Virus record (IMG/VR): IMGVR_UViG_3300025892_000010
DNA from: a virus
Strand: one strand, 5' to 3'
DNA length: 64,000 nucleotides
Shown piece by piece: positions 28,416 to 38,838 of the stretch; position 1 is the stretch's first letter; each line of letters begins with the position of its first letter. Below the pieces are notes generated by a model. It was not told the DNA's origin, ran no database searches, and saw nothing but the letters and a program-made list of their open reading frames with translations. A program made the position numbers and the translations under genes.

Positions 28416-28691
28416 TTATCTTTTTGACATATAGTTTAAACATAAAAAAGGTGGTACGCCACCATTTACTTGCCAAACTTTATTTTTATTTTGAAAATCT
28501 ACAATCTTCTTTGCGTCTTCTTCAAAAAAATATTCATTAATAACAGAATTGGTTGGCTGTTCAATAACTTGCCAGACCATTTTTCTACCACGTTTTACTA
28601 GTTTTGTATTGTAAGACAATTTACCCTTTTGACCTCCTGGTCTCTTATCACCTTTATGAAATCTAACTTTTTGTTTTTTAGTTTTTGGCAT
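28416..28691 (-). CDS. Hypothetical protein next to gp41
   Basis: 91 aa, coupled to the gp41 stop. Confidence 0.6.
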   Translation of the reverse strand: MPKTKKQKVRFHKGDKRPGGQKGKLSYNTKLVKRGRKMVWQVIEQPTNSVINEYFFEEDAKKIVDFQNKNKVWQVNGGVPPFLCLNYMSKR

Positions 28692-30064
28692 TATACCTTA
28701 AAGTCACTAAACTTATCGTAAGCAACTTCTTTTTGGGGTTTAACTTCTCTTTGGTTGCTGTCAACAATATTTTGTGCTGATTGACCAACATCATATAGTC
28801 TCATCTTGGCTCTATCTACACCTATGATAAATGACCTGTTGACGCTTGGGTCATTGTATCTATTTTTAAGTTGTTTAACTTTCATTTGACCTAGTTGTTC
28901 TAGTTCTTCATTACTAATCAAAGCAAACATAAAGTCTGCTGTTGCTGGTAGACCAAAAGATTCAGACGTGTCTTCTAATCCAATATCACTTGAAGTGAAA
29001 CCTGTTCTAGTTGTTTGTGTTGCACTAAAGATTGGTACATTAAATTCTACTGCAAGACCTCTTAACTCTTCAGCAATAGCCTTAATATAGAAATAAGAAC
29101 CAATATTTCCACCTTTAAATCTACTTGAAGCACATATGTTTAAATAATCAATAAAGATAATATCTGGTCTAAATGATTTCTTTAATGCTAGTTCATCTAT
29201 TAATGATTTAAAGTGACCACTATGAGCAGACGCTGTTGGATATTCTTTAATAATAAGTTTACCATAAGTCTTGTCTGATATTTTTTTCATCTTATTTTCA
29301 TACAAGTCTTTAGGCATTACGTGTAGGTCATCCATAGAAACGTCTAATAAGTTAGCGTCTATTCTTTCTGCAATTCTTTCCTCTGCCATTTCTAAAGTAA
29401 TATATAAAACATTTTGACCCTCTGTTAAGAAGTTAGAAGCCATATGACACATAAACAAAGATTTACCAACACCGGTACCTGCTAATGCAATATTCAATGT
29501 CTTAGCTGGAACACCACCTTTGGTAATTCTATTCATATATTCTAAATCAAATTTATATCTTTTCTCTTTAGTATGGTACCAATCATATCTTTTTTCTGCG
29601 TCTTCTATATAATCGTGACCAACTGACTTGTCAAATGATACTGCTAATGCGTCTGATAATATATGTGGTATGGCCTCTGCTGTTTGTTTCTTATCTTTGC
29701 CATCTAATATTTTAATGCCACTTAATACTGCATTGTGAACAGCACGGTCTTTACACCACTTTTCAGTAGTATCTAAAAGCCATTGTTCATCTGTCTCCAG
29801 ATTTTTAACTGCATTTACATAGTCTTTTATATTATTGTGTTCAGTATCATTAATATCTTTTCTACTATTAACTTCAATTAGTATAGCGTCTTTTGTAGGT
29901 ACATTATTATACTTTGTAATAAAATCAAATATGGTAGTAAATAATACCTGTTCAGTTCTTTCAACAAAGTAATCTTCTTTTAGAAAAGGTAAAACTTTTC
30001 TAGCATACTCTTCTTTGTGAAATAAATTACTTAATATGGTATATTCTATTCTATCACTTATCAT
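28691..30064 (-). CDS. gp41: Replicative DNA helicase (T4 gp41)
   Basis: AGTGVGKS, LEMAE, IDYL, QLKNRY. Confidence 0.95.
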   Translation of the reverse strand: MISDRIEYTILSNLFHKEEYARKVLPFLKEDYFVERTEQVLFTTIFDFITKYNNVPTKDAILIEVNSRKDINDTEHNNIKDYVNAVKNLETDEQWLLDTTEKWCKDRAVHNAVLSGIKILDGKDKKQTAEAIPHILSDALAVSFDKSVGHDYIEDAEKRYDWYHTKEKRYKFDLEYMNRITKGGVPAKTLNIALAGTGVGKSLFMCHMASNFLTEGQNVLYITLEMAEERIAERIDANLLDVSMDDLHVMPKDLYENKMKKISDKTYGKLIIKEYPTASAHSGHFKSLIDELALKKSFRPDIIFIDYLNICASSRFKGGNIGSYFYIKAIAEELRGLAVEFNVPIFSATQTTRTGFTSSDIGLEDTSESFGLPATADFMFALISNEELEQLGQMKVKQLKNRYNDPSVNRSFIIGVDRAKMRLYDVGQSAQNIVDSNQREVKPQKEVAYDKFSDFKV

Positions 30065-30389
30065 TTATTATATCACCTCTCTCTAATTGGTCTTCTAATA
30101 GTTCTAATAGTATATCGCCAATATAATCTATAAATTCTTTATTGTCAAGCAGTATTAGATTTTTAGGATTTTTTTTAACGGTGTAATCAAACTTCATAGG
30201 AAGTTTACCGTCTTTTTCAACTTCACTCTCTGGAGCAAATGCAACTCTACCGTAGTGGTAAATTACATCTTTGAATTTACCCTCTGTAATTTTAACGCAA
30301 GAAAAGTCTTCGCCTTCTTTTTGTGCAAAGACGTATCTTTTAGGCTTCGTCTTCTTGTCCGTATGTAAATTTTCGTTTTGTGTGTTCAT
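30054..30389 (-). CDS. Hypothetical protein in the gp40 position
   Basis: Between uvsX and gp41; start probably MNTQNE. Confidence 0.5.
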   Translation of the reverse strand: MNTQNENLHTDKKTKPKRYVFAQKEGEDFSCVKITEGKFKDVIYHYGRVAFAPESEVEKDGKLPMKFDYTVKKNPKNLILLDNKEFIDYIGDILLELLEDQLERGDIINDK

Positions 30390-31377
30390 CAATCTTATCC
30401 AATACCTCTTTTGTAAAATACTTTTCAGGCTCTGTATTGATAGACTTACCAAATACTTTTGTACCATCAGGCATTTCATATCTAGTAGATACTTTCTTAA
30501 ACACACCGGCTTCTTCACCTAGTTCTAACAGACCATAATGTCTATCTAAACCTTGTTTATATGAAAGTCTTACATCTATTTGAGCATTTTCTTTTGTTAT
30601 TCTTGACTTATAATTTTTACAATGAATAATATTACCAACTACCTCTGTGCCATCTTTTTCTTTTCTTTTGCTTAGGTAGATGATTGATGAAGCAGCGTAT
30701 TTCAAACCCGAACCGCCACCCATTTCTTTTTGTGGAAACATAGAACCAATTACATCATATGTATGATTGGTCATAATCATAGGAACACCTGCTTGACCTA
30801 GTTTTAAGGTCAATACTCTGAAAGTAGATTTGACAATTTGACTTCTTGTCATATCTCTTGTTTCTTTACCAGCAGCTGTATCTTCCATTTCTTTTGTAGT
30901 AGATAACATACCTAAACTATCTAATACAAACATCATAGGTTTTCTTTTAGCTTCTGGTTGTTCCAAATATTTGTCAATCACTTTAATTGATTGAGCTCTG
31001 AATTCTTGTACCGTTGCAACTGGCATTACAACTATTCTTGAGCTGTCAACACCTCTACTCTCAATCATATCTTTTGATATTGCATTTTCTGATTCAAAGT
31101 AAATTACACCTGCGTCTTTGTCACTATCTAAAAAGTGTTTTACTATGCCTAATGCAAAGAAAGTTTTACCTGTTGCAGCTTCGCCGGCGATTGCCGTAAT
31201 TCTATTGTTAGGTAGACCACCATAGATACTACCTGATAACAAAGCATTAAATGAATATGAACCGGTGTCTATAAAAGAATCTACATCACCGCCTGACACT
31301 CCGTCTTTAGCTAGTGTCGCATATTCATTACCTGTTTCTTTAATTATGTCCTTTAAAAAGTCGCTCATATTCTTCAT
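30340..31377 (-). CDS. uvsX: RecA-like recombinase UvsX
   Basis: [19 protein letters not shown]. Confidence 0.93.
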   Translation of the reverse strand: MKNMSDFLKDIIKETGNEYATLAKDGVSGGDVDSFIDTGSYSFNALLSGSIYGGLPNNRITAIAGEAATGKTFFALGIVKHFLDSDKDAGVIYFESENAISKDMIESRGVDSSRIVVMPVATVQEFRAQSIKVIDKYLEQPEAKRKPMMFVLDSLGMLSTTKEMEDTAAGKETRDMTRSQIVKSTFRVLTLKLGQAGVPMIMTNHTYDVIGSMFPQKEMGGGSGLKYAASSIIYLSKRKEKDGTEVVGNIIHCKNYKSRITKENAQIDVRLSYKQGLDRHYGLLELGEEAGVFKKVSTRYEMPDGTKVFGKSINTEPEKYFTKEVLDKIDEHTKRKFTYGQEDEA

Positions 31378-31510
31378 TCTCCTTGTCGGTATAAGTTATA
31401 GTATACCATTTTATGTTTTCATTATAACAAAATTGCTTGATAATGTCAAGCTTATCCGGCGAGAAGTCCAAATATATGTATTTTGGTTGTTTGAATATTG
31501 TTATTCTCAT
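31340..31510 (-). CDS. 56-aa hypothetical protein
   Basis: Hand-translated [22 protein letters not shown]...; fills the gap. Confidence 0.45.
   Translation of the reverse strand: MRITIFKQPKYIYLDFSPDKLDIIKQFCYNENIKWYTITYTDKENEEYERLFKGHN
31421..31449 (-). promoter_or_regulatory. Consensus sigma70 promoter for uvsX
   Basis: TTGACA-17-TATAAT. Confidence 0.8.
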
Positions 31511-31513
31511 TCA

Positions 31514-32617
31514 TTAACGGATAATATCTATATTACTATCTTTTGTCCATACTTCTAGTTCACTTCTTAAACGCTTTTCTTCTTGTAGTTTGTAAAAACG
31601 TTTAGTAGCTAACTTACGCCACCATTCTATAATCTCATTGTCGTAATACCGTTCATAGTTTTTTGCTCTAACTATTGTATCAGTTTTACCATTTACTATA
31701 TCTATATAGTTCTCAACACCATAGTTAGATACATAATATCTTTTTTGTTCAGTTAAATTCTTTGCATTTGCAATGGTTTGATTAAATTTTTTAAGTTCAT
31801 CTCCTTCTAATGCTCTTTTTGCAAGACCAATAATAGCTGTGGTCATTTTTAACTTTCTACTAGAAGCGTCTTCTTTTACTAACTCACCTTTACCTATAAT
31901 GTTTTCAACATACTCTACCATATCTAGGTATGGTTTGCCGTGCAACATTGGTATAAAATCTGAAATAGTATTACCTTTGTATCTCAACATAGGTTTCATA
32001 CCATCATACATTGAGGCACCTTTTGTATTACCATATAAACTTGTAGTCTCAAACATTACCAAGTTCATATCATACTTCTTATTTAATTTTTCTCTAACTT
32101 CGTGAGAACAACATAAACCAGCTAACAATTTGCCACCTAGATAATTATAACCAAATGGTTGACAAGGTACAATTACAAAACCCATAATAGCTGTTTTGTT
32201 AAATACTTTTAAATCGGGTACATTCCCCAATAAGTCATTTCGTGGTTTACAATTAATAACAGGACTACCAAAACGCATAAAGCCAACAAACTTATTTGTA
32301 TTTTTTTCTTTAACTGCAAGTTTCAATGCCTTTCCAGGTATACTTACCATATTACTATGACTTGAAATCATATTGATACAATTATCCCAAGTGCTGTTGT
32401 CTAGTTCAACAACTTCTAAATCCATCACCTCTGGTGACATTGTGAAATCATCAAACATATCTGAATCAAAACCCATACCAGGAAGTGGTTGTGCTATTGA
32501 GTCTATTTGTGCCATCTTTTGGTCACGCATATACTGGTCAATACGACTAAATTGACCAAAGTAATCATTAAATATACCAGCACAATGTAGTGCTTCTTCT
32601 CTAGTTAGGTTTTTCAT
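31514..32617 (-). CDS. DUF4338 (DruA-like) protein
   Basis: IVPCQPFGYNYLGGKLLA...ETTSLYG. Confidence 0.65.
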   Translation of the reverse strand: MKNLTREEALHCAGIFNDYFGQFSRIDQYMRDQKMAQIDSIAQPLPGMGFDSDMFDDFTMSPEVMDLEVVELDNSTWDNCINMISSHSNMVSIPGKALKLAVKEKNTNKFVGFMRFGSPVINCKPRNDLLGNVPDLKVFNKTAIMGFVIVPCQPFGYNYLGGKLLAGLCCSHEVREKLNKKYDMNLVMFETTSLYGNTKGASMYDGMKPMLRYKGNTISDFIPMLHGKPYLDMVEYVENIIGKGELVKEDASSRKLKMTTAIIGLAKRALEGDELKKFNQTIANAKNLTEQKRYYVSNYGVENYIDIVNGKTDTIVRAKNYERYYDNEIIEWWRKLATKRFYKLQEEKRLRSELEVWTKDSNIDIIR

Positions 32618-32693
32618 TATTCCACATTTTTAATAAGATTAGTGGTACACTATAACAGATAATTAGATATATGGCAACCAGTAAATATTCCAT
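32601..32693 (-). CDS. 30-aa membrane peptide
   Basis: MEYLLVAIYLIICYSVPLILLKMWNNEKPN; TAATG coupling; contains promoter TTGCCA-17-TATAGT (32649-32677). Confidence 0.45.
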   Translation of the reverse strand: MEYLLVAIYLIICYSVPLILLKMWNNEKPN

Positions 32694-33304
32694 TATTTTA
32701 ATAGGTGTTTTGCGCTTATTGGAAAGTGGTCTTTCAAATGCTTTTCAATATGCGTTGCAACAACTCTAGTCTCCGCTTGTGTATCTTCTTTGATTCTTAA
32801 ATTAACAACTCTTGCAAAGGCCATTAAACTACCTGACCAATACCATTCTGTCATCATATTTTGAGGCAATACCATTCTTGCCATTTCTGGTGCTATGTCA
32901 GCCTCTAACATTTCACTATAAAATTCTTTAGCTGTTTTAATTAAATCTGTAATATCGTATTCAACTTCCTCATCACTAGAGCCTTGTTTTTTATCCTCTG
33001 CTCTTTTACGCCATAGAAAAGGTATATAAAATTCTGGTTTATCATCTACGTATCTTCTACTTACTTCATTCCACACTAAACCAACTTGATGTTTTACTAA
33101 TTGACGTGCAACAAATATAGGTGCTTTGATTAAGAATTGTAAACTAGTATGACCAAAAGGCGACCAATGGTCGTGTTCAGCCAAATACTTAATTAGTTTT
33201 TCATCTTTCTCATCTATTTGTTCTTTTCTTTTAGCAAATGAAACACGAGCAGCGTTAACTACCGATAAATCACTACCCATTTTATCTATTAATTGTACGT
33301 TCAT
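32693..33304 (-). CDS. thyX: Flavin-dependent thymidylate synthase
   Basis: AARVSF, HWSPF, RQLVKH...NEVSRRY. Confidence 0.93.
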   Translation of the reverse strand: MNVQLIDKMGSDLSVVNAARVSFAKRKEQIDEKDEKLIKYLAEHDHWSPFGHTSLQFLIKAPIFVARQLVKHQVGLVWNEVSRRYVDDKPEFYIPFLWRKRAEDKKQGSSDEEVEYDITDLIKTAKEFYSEMLEADIAPEMARMVLPQNMMTEWYWSGSLMAFARVVNLRIKEDTQAETRVVATHIEKHLKDHFPISAKHLLK

Positions 33305-33858
33305 ACCTCATTACCCCAATAATCCCAATTTTTATATGGTTTGTTTCTAGCAAATAACTCTATGTAAGGACCACCAACTAACCTTTCAATCTCTTTATGC
33401 ATTAAAGGTTTCTTTGAGTGTTCTTCTCTTTGAGAAACTACTAATTGTTTTACGTCTTTAAAAATTCTTTTTGGTCTGCCTTTAGTTGCAAGTAAACACA
33501 TTTCGGGATTGCCTCTAGTCCAATAACCTAAACCGGTAAACATTCCCATATTTGTTTTATTTGTTTTTGCCCAAGTAAAACCTACGGTCTTGTATTGAAA
33601 ACCCCAAGCCTCTATAACATCAAATGCTAAATCTAACATAGGGTCAATTACCCACATTAATAATACAGAGTTGTCAGCTGATATATCCTTAACAGGTAAA
33701 TCGCATATGTCTTTTAGTTCCATACAATTATAGTGTTGATTAGGATTTCTGCCCTCACCTTTCTTTGACCTTGATTTAAAATACCAAGGTGGGTCGGCAT
33801 ATATCACACCATATTTTTTATTTGGAAAGTTTATATTCAAAGTTTTGTGTCTCATCAT
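33301..33858 (-). CDS. MT-A70-family adenine methyltransferase
   Basis: ADPPW, HSKKP, IELFAR. Confidence 0.88.
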   Translation of the reverse strand: MMRHKTLNINFPNKKYGVIYADPPWYFKSRSKKGEGRNPNQHYNCMELKDICDLPVKDISADNSVLLMWVIDPMLDLAFDVIEAWGFQYKTVGFTWAKTNKTNMGMFTGLGYWTRGNPEMCLLATKGRPKRIFKDVKQLVVSQREEHSKKPLMHKEIERLVGGPYIELFARNKPYKNWDYWGNEV

Positions 33859-34309
33859 TTATATGTACTTGTTTTGCACCATTTTTAATATGAAAATGTG
33901 TTGCCATTGGTGTTAATGGTGATAAAGTAACCAATCTTTTAAAATTATTTTCAATAGCCCACTCTCTTAATTTTATAATTATCTCTTTACCTGCACCTCT
34001 TTTTCTTGACCAAACGGTGTATGCAATAACAATTTCGCCTCTTTGACCATCTTGATTGGCCGCTTGAGACATATAATCCATTTCTCTTACCGTATATGGT
34101 ACTTCAGGACATAATGCAACACAAACAATCGCCTCAATTTCTTCATTATATTTTAGACCAAATATTTTTCTGCCGTTTGTAATTCTAAAACCTAAAGTTA
34201 ATTCTGGTCTAACAGGATCCTCTGACACATCTATGTCATCTAGTTCAACCAGTTCGGTGCCTTTTACCCATTTAAAAAAATCATCTATGTTATCTTTAAA
34301 TTTTTTCAT
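33818..34309 (-). CDS. GNAT/malonyl-CoA-decarboxylase-like protein
   Basis: YTVWS..RGAG, LVTLSP, HFHIKNGA; start set at MKKFKD. Confidence 0.5.
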   Translation of the reverse strand: MKKFKDNIDDFFKWVKGTELVELDDIDVSEDPVRPELTLGFRITNGRKIFGLKYNEEIEAIVCVALCPEVPYTVREMDYMSQAANQDGQRGEIVIAYTVWSRKRGAGKEIIIKLREWAIENNFKRLVTLSPLTPMATHFHIKNGAKQVHINDETQNFEYKLSK

Positions 34310-36795
34310 CCAAAAAATGCCTCTAAATTTGCCTTTGGTTCGTGTTCCCAACCGATTGCTTGTAATATAAATCGCATAGGATCCAAAAAGGTCTTTTCAA
34401 ATTGTGTATCTCTATCTATATATTGGTCTAGTTTAAACTCTTTTGGCAAACTAGTAATATAACTTATTACATCAAACTTAAATGGATTGGCTGGTATTAG
34501 TTTAATAAACTTAATCTTATCTCCTTCTTGTATAAAAGGAAACTTGTTTTGTAAACCAAACTCTTTTATTTGATGATTATATATCAACGCACCTTTAACG
34601 TGAATAGGTGTACCTTTGATAAAGATGTTTGCATTATCACGATACTTCTTCAAGTTATTACAACTTCTAGGAAAGGCAATTGACTCTGCTGGTAACGTCA
34701 TAAATTCTTTTCTAAAATCAGAAACTAACTTATGTAAATCTGTTTCTTCTTTTGACATAATAGTTTTAATTGCTTCTTTAATTTTAACTCTACAAACCTG
34801 TGGTGTTGATGATTTAACTGCCTCAATACCCATAAGTTTAAGTTTAGGGTCAGACAATCTAATGCCTTCTTCATCAATAACGTTTAACATATATCTTTTC
34901 TTCGCAACCCATATACCTTTGTTGGCAATAACTTCTCGTTTCATTACCATTGCATTTTTAAAAGCGTTTGAATAATCAGATAGTTCAGCAAACCATTTTT
35001 CAATTTCAGGCTCTAATCTACTATCACATACTCTACCTATAAAGTCTGTAATCTGGTCGTTTGTTTTACCTTGACAAGTTTTTTCTACAAGTTTATCCAA
35101 GGTTACGTAAATTGAATCTGTATCAGACGCAACAACATAATCTATTTTATCTTTTGTCTGTAATACTCTATTTAAATAATCATTCATTTTACCTTCAATG
35201 AAACGAATAATAAACTGACCTGCCGTGGTAATACCACTTGCCTGTCTTACATCATAGTATCTAAAATATTGGTTACCTACTGCACCATAAGCCGAGTTCA
35301 AGGCAATCTTTCTTGCCCATTGAATATTGTGACAACGAGATATTTCTTTTACCAGTTTAGGGTCTTTTGTTTTTTCATATTCTTTCTTTGCCTTTAACAT
35401 ACGTTTCTTATAAATGACACGTTCATTGTACATTGTTTCCATCATTTCAGGTAAGAAACCTTGACTATCATTTTTAAATTTTGCACCGTTTGGTGTAATA
35501 CAAGCACCCTCTGTTTTAAGATAATTAAGTGGTACTTTCATATCAATCATTTTATTAACATTGACGCCGTGACCACTTTCACCAAGTATTTTTTCTGGCG
35601 AAATATTGTATTGAATAATAATATGTGGATATAGTGAGTTAATATCAAACGATACCACCCATTTGTGCTGACCAACTTTAGGTTCTTTTACGTAAGCACC
35701 CTCATACTTTGTTAACTTAACATTGTCTTCTCTTGGTGGTACACATATCTTCTTCTTCATTAAATGGTTTGCAATCAATGTGTCCCATACTCTTACTTGC
35801 GAAAATATATCATCATAGTTTACTTTTGATTCATATGCAACGGTCAATGATAAGTCAATTAGACCTAGTTTATCTTCTAATGCGTCAACAATTTCTACGT
35901 CTTGAATATTGTAATCAATAAATGATTGAAAGTCTTTAGTATACCATTCTTTAAATGTATCGTATGGCATTTCATCTTTACCACGGCCAAGTTCTAGTTC
36001 ACCAATAAAATCTAGTCTATAACTTTCTTGTCGTGTAGGAATAAACCATTTATATAAGTCAAGGTAATCTAACATAGTAATACCAAACAACTTATAAACC
36101 GTTTGTGGTCTACCTCTTACAACAATCTCCTCACGATTAACTAAATTCCAAGGCGACATTCTATTTGCAACTTTATCGCCTGCAATCAGTTTAATTCTAT
36201 TCATCAAATAAGGTAAGTCAAAAAACTTGGTGTTCCAACCTGTGACAATATCTGGATGATTTTTAATCCAGAATTTCATAAACTCAAACATCAATTGTTT
36301 TTCATTTTTACAATAAACATAGGTAACATCTGGTCTATCTGTCTTGTATTGACCAACACCCCAAGTTATGATTTGTTTATTAGATTGATTTTTTACCGTG
36401 ATAGCCAACAACTCTTCAATAGGATTTTCTACATCTGGAAAACCATTTTCACAACTAGTTTCAATATCAAGTGTGAATATTTTAATATGTTCTTTTGAAA
36501 ATTCTATTGCTTCAGGATAATTTTGACCAATGTACTGATAATGGTATCTTTCAAGGCCATATAGTGGCGATTGTGCGCCATAGTCTTTTTTAAATTGACG
36601 TGCATTTCTAATATCATTAAACTTTATAGGTTTAAGATATTGTCCTTGTAAGGTTTTAAATTCTGTTTTTTCTGTTTGCGATAAGGCGTAGAGGGTTGGA
36701 CCAAAATCAATTTTTTCTTTGTAATCTTTCCCATTCATCACACCACGAATAAGAAGTTTACCTTTGTGTTCTATTACATTTTTATAAAAGTTCAT
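34306..36795 (-). CDS. gp43: Family B DNA polymerase (T4 gp43)
   Basis: DIET, FDINSLYP, KIALNSAYG, SDTDS. Confidence 0.97.
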   Translation of the reverse strand: MNFYKNVIEHKGKLLIRGVMNGKDYKEKIDFGPTLYALSQTEKTEFKTLQGQYLKPIKFNDIRNARQFKKDYGAQSPLYGLERYHYQYIGQNYPEAIEFSKEHIKIFTLDIETSCENGFPDVENPIEELLAITVKNQSNKQIITWGVGQYKTDRPDVTYVYCKNEKQLMFEFMKFWIKNHPDIVTGWNTKFFDLPYLMNRIKLIAGDKVANRMSPWNLVNREEIVVRGRPQTVYKLFGITMLDYLDLYKWFIPTRQESYRLDFIGELELGRGKDEMPYDTFKEWYTKDFQSFIDYNIQDVEIVDALEDKLGLIDLSLTVAYESKVNYDDIFSQVRVWDTLIANHLMKKKICVPPREDNVKLTKYEGAYVKEPKVGQHKWVVSFDINSLYPHIIIQYNISPEKILGESGHGVNVNKMIDMKVPLNYLKTEGACITPNGAKFKNDSQGFLPEMMETMYNERVIYKKRMLKAKKEYEKTKDPKLVKEISRCHNIQWARKIALNSAYGAVGNQYFRYYDVRQASGITTAGQFIIRFIEGKMNDYLNRVLQTKDKIDYVVASDTDSIYVTLDKLVEKTCQGKTNDQITDFIGRVCDSRLEPEIEKWFAELSDYSNAFKNAMVMKREVIANKGIWVAKKRYMLNVIDEEGIRLSDPKLKLMGIEAVKSSTPQVCRVKIKEAIKTIMSKEETDLHKLVSDFRKEFMTLPAESIAFPRSCNNLKKYRDNANIFIKGTPIHVKGALIYNHQIKEFGLQNKFPFIQEGDKIKFIKLIPANPFKFDVISYITSLPKEFKLDQYIDRDTQFEKTFLDPMRFILQAIGWEHEPKANLEAFFG

Positions 36796-37108
36796 TATCT
36801 CTCAATCTCACTTCAAGTCCATTATGTTTTTCTTTCAATTCTATCTGACAAGATAATCTACTTGTCATTCTATCATAGTCTTTTTCATACTCTAATAGTT
36901 CAGTTTCAAGACTATTATACTCTGCTGGTTCAACTTTGTCAATGCTCTTTACGTGTATGTGACAAGTACCACAAGCCTGATTACCACCACAGGTAGCAGG
37001 TACTTCAGGTATGTTTGCCATCACGGCAGCGTCCATCAAAGTAAAGCCCGGTTCTACATCAACTTTAATCCGTTCTTTACCATTTCTGATAAAGTAAACG
37101 GTTATCAT
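36782..37108 (-). CDS. 2Fe-2S ferredoxin (adrenodoxin type)
   Basis: CGGNQACGTCH...SRLSCQ. Confidence 0.9.
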   Translation of the reverse strand: MITVYFIRNGKERIKVDVEPGFTLMDAAVMANIPEVPATCGGNQACGTCHIHVKSIDKVEPAEYNSLETELLEYEKDYDRMTSRLSCQIELKEKHNGLEVRLRDNELL

Positions 37109-37422
37109 TATAGTTTAGGCAGATTAGTTTCTGTTATTAGACCAGGTTTTGAAGTAATAATCTCACTAATATTATGTTCGTAAGATTTTAAAATATCTGG
37201 TTTAGGCGTTGCAATTGTAATTACTTTGCTACAATCTATTGTCAGAGTTCTATCATCTGTATATGGCATCCACGGAGTTAAAATCAATTGTACTGGTTTT
37301 CCTGGCTGTGATTGCATTGGTATGATAGTAAAAGGTTTCTTAATAGAAACAACTTCTCCTTCTTCAACTTCACCTATAATATCTTCACCTGTTTGTAGTC
37401 TCATTATTTTTATATTTTTCAT
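37108..37422 (-). CDS. Conserved T4-like small protein
   Basis: LQTGEDIIG...PWMPY; promoter TTGACT-17-TAGGAT at 37429-37457. Confidence 0.65.
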   Translation of the reverse strand: MKNIKIMRLQTGEDIIGEVEEGEVVSIKKPFTIIPMQSQPGKPVQLILTPWMPYTDDRTLTIDCSKVITIATPKPDILKSYEHNISEIITSKPGLITETNLPKL

Positions 37423-37449
37423 TCTGTAATCCTATCACAAAGACTTAAA

Positions 37450-38838
37450 TTAGTCAATGCTGTATTTGGTTGTTATCACGTATTTTCTTTGGGGATTGAC
37501 CATAACGTTTAATCTCTTCATAAATGCACGGTCTAATAAGATAGGAGTTCTATCTTCTCTATCGTCAATGGTAAATTCTACATCTTTATAGAAACCACCG
37601 GCAAATTCTACATCTAGTTTTACGACATATCGGTCTTCATCATAATCTCTTAAGCCACCAACTTTAATCTCTTCTTTACGGACAATATCACTTGTAATAG
37701 TTTTACCTAATAAAGACCAAGTTATTTTATTACCATTGATTTTGTATTTGTCAGAGTGAATTACTGGCATTCCAGAATTACCCGTATCAAATTTTGAAAT
37801 TAATTCACCAAACGGTTTTATGGTCAAAATCTCCTTAAAACCACATTCCGTTGGCACAGAATATCTATTCTCCTCATTTGCAAAATGTTTAATTACTTCT
37901 TTTGCAATATTCATTTTAGTTGCTTCTTCTATACCCTCTGTACCAGGTGAAGAGTTTACTTCAAGAAAATATGGTGGTTTGTTTACTCTGTCTTTACTTG
38001 GTATAAAGTCAACAGCAGTCCAATATCCACCAACTGCCTTTGAGGCTAATAAGCATTGTTCTATTTCTAATTCTGTTAGTTTAATATTTTCTGGTTTAGA
38101 ACCTTGCGATACATTTGACCTAAAATCTCCTTCAATTACAGGTCGTTTCATAGCCGCTAAAAATTTACCACCTAGTATATGTACTCTGACATCATATTCT
38201 GTTTTAATATATTCTTGTATTAATAAATCTGTGTCTTCATCTTGTTTGTGTATAAGTTGTACAATAGAATCTAAACCTTTTGGACTATCTACAAATAAAA
38301 CACCAACACCTTTTGACCCTCTTAAAGTTTTCATAATTAAAGGAAACTTAATACCTGATTCATCAACTATCTCATTTGATTTTTCGGGGTCATTAATTAG
38401 TTTTGTTTGAGGTTGTGTTAGACCATAATCTGCAAGTCTTAATGAAGTTCTATATTTGTCAGCACACATATTAATTGTAGTTCTAGGATTTACCAACGTT
38501 GCATTGGCTCTTTCTAATATAGATACAAAGTCTAACCAACTATCTTTACGTGTAATAGAACCACGAACAATAGCAACGGTCATAGCACCAACTTCAAAAC
38601 CTTTTTTATCATCTTGATTATGAAATTTACGGATGCCGTCTTCGTAAGTGGTATAGCCACCTGTAAGTTTAAAAAGATAATATGGATAATTTAACTTATC
38701 ACATTCCTCTTTCAACCTATCGGCAGTATGAAATTCTTTTGCATTATCTGGCTCATCTGTAATAATGAGCAAACGCAAAAAGTCCTTTTTAGCCTCTGTT
38801 ATGTAATCTTTAAACTTGCTTACCTGCATTGCCTTCAT
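37450..38838 (-). CDS. RimK-like ATP-grasp ligase fused to a C-terminal DTG protease-like domain
   Basis: GSKGVGV, IQEYI, FRSNVSQG, LEVNSSPG; KFDTGN...ILLDRAF. Confidence 0.8.
   Translation of the reverse strand: MKAMQVSKFKDYITEAKKDFLRLLIITDEPDNAKEFHTADRLKEECDKLNYPYYLFKLTGGYTTYEDGIRKFHNQDDKKGFEVGAMTVAIVRGSITRKDSWLDFVSILERANATLVNPRTTINMCADKYRTSLRLADYGLTQPQTKLINDPEKSNEIVDESGIKFPLIMKTLRGSKGVGVLFVDSPKGLDSIVQLIHKQDEDTDLLIQEYIKTEYDVRVHILGGKFLAAMKRPVIEGDFRSNVSQGSKPENIKLTELEIEQCLLASKAVGGYWTAVDFIPSKDRVNKPPYFLEVNSSPGTEGIEEATKMNIAKEVIKHFANEENRYSVPTECGFKEILTIKPFGELISKFDTGNSGMPVIHSDKYKINGNKITWSLLGKTITSDIVRKEEIKVGGLRDYDEDRYVVKLDVEFAGGFYKDVEFTIDDREDRTPILLDRAFMKRLNVMVNPQRKYVITTKYSID

Noticed and set aside
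3226-36795. Introns or inteins in nrdA, nrdB, gp41, uvsX, thyX or gp43
   Set aside because: All ORFs are continuous and of normal length; no homing-endonuclease motifs recognised.
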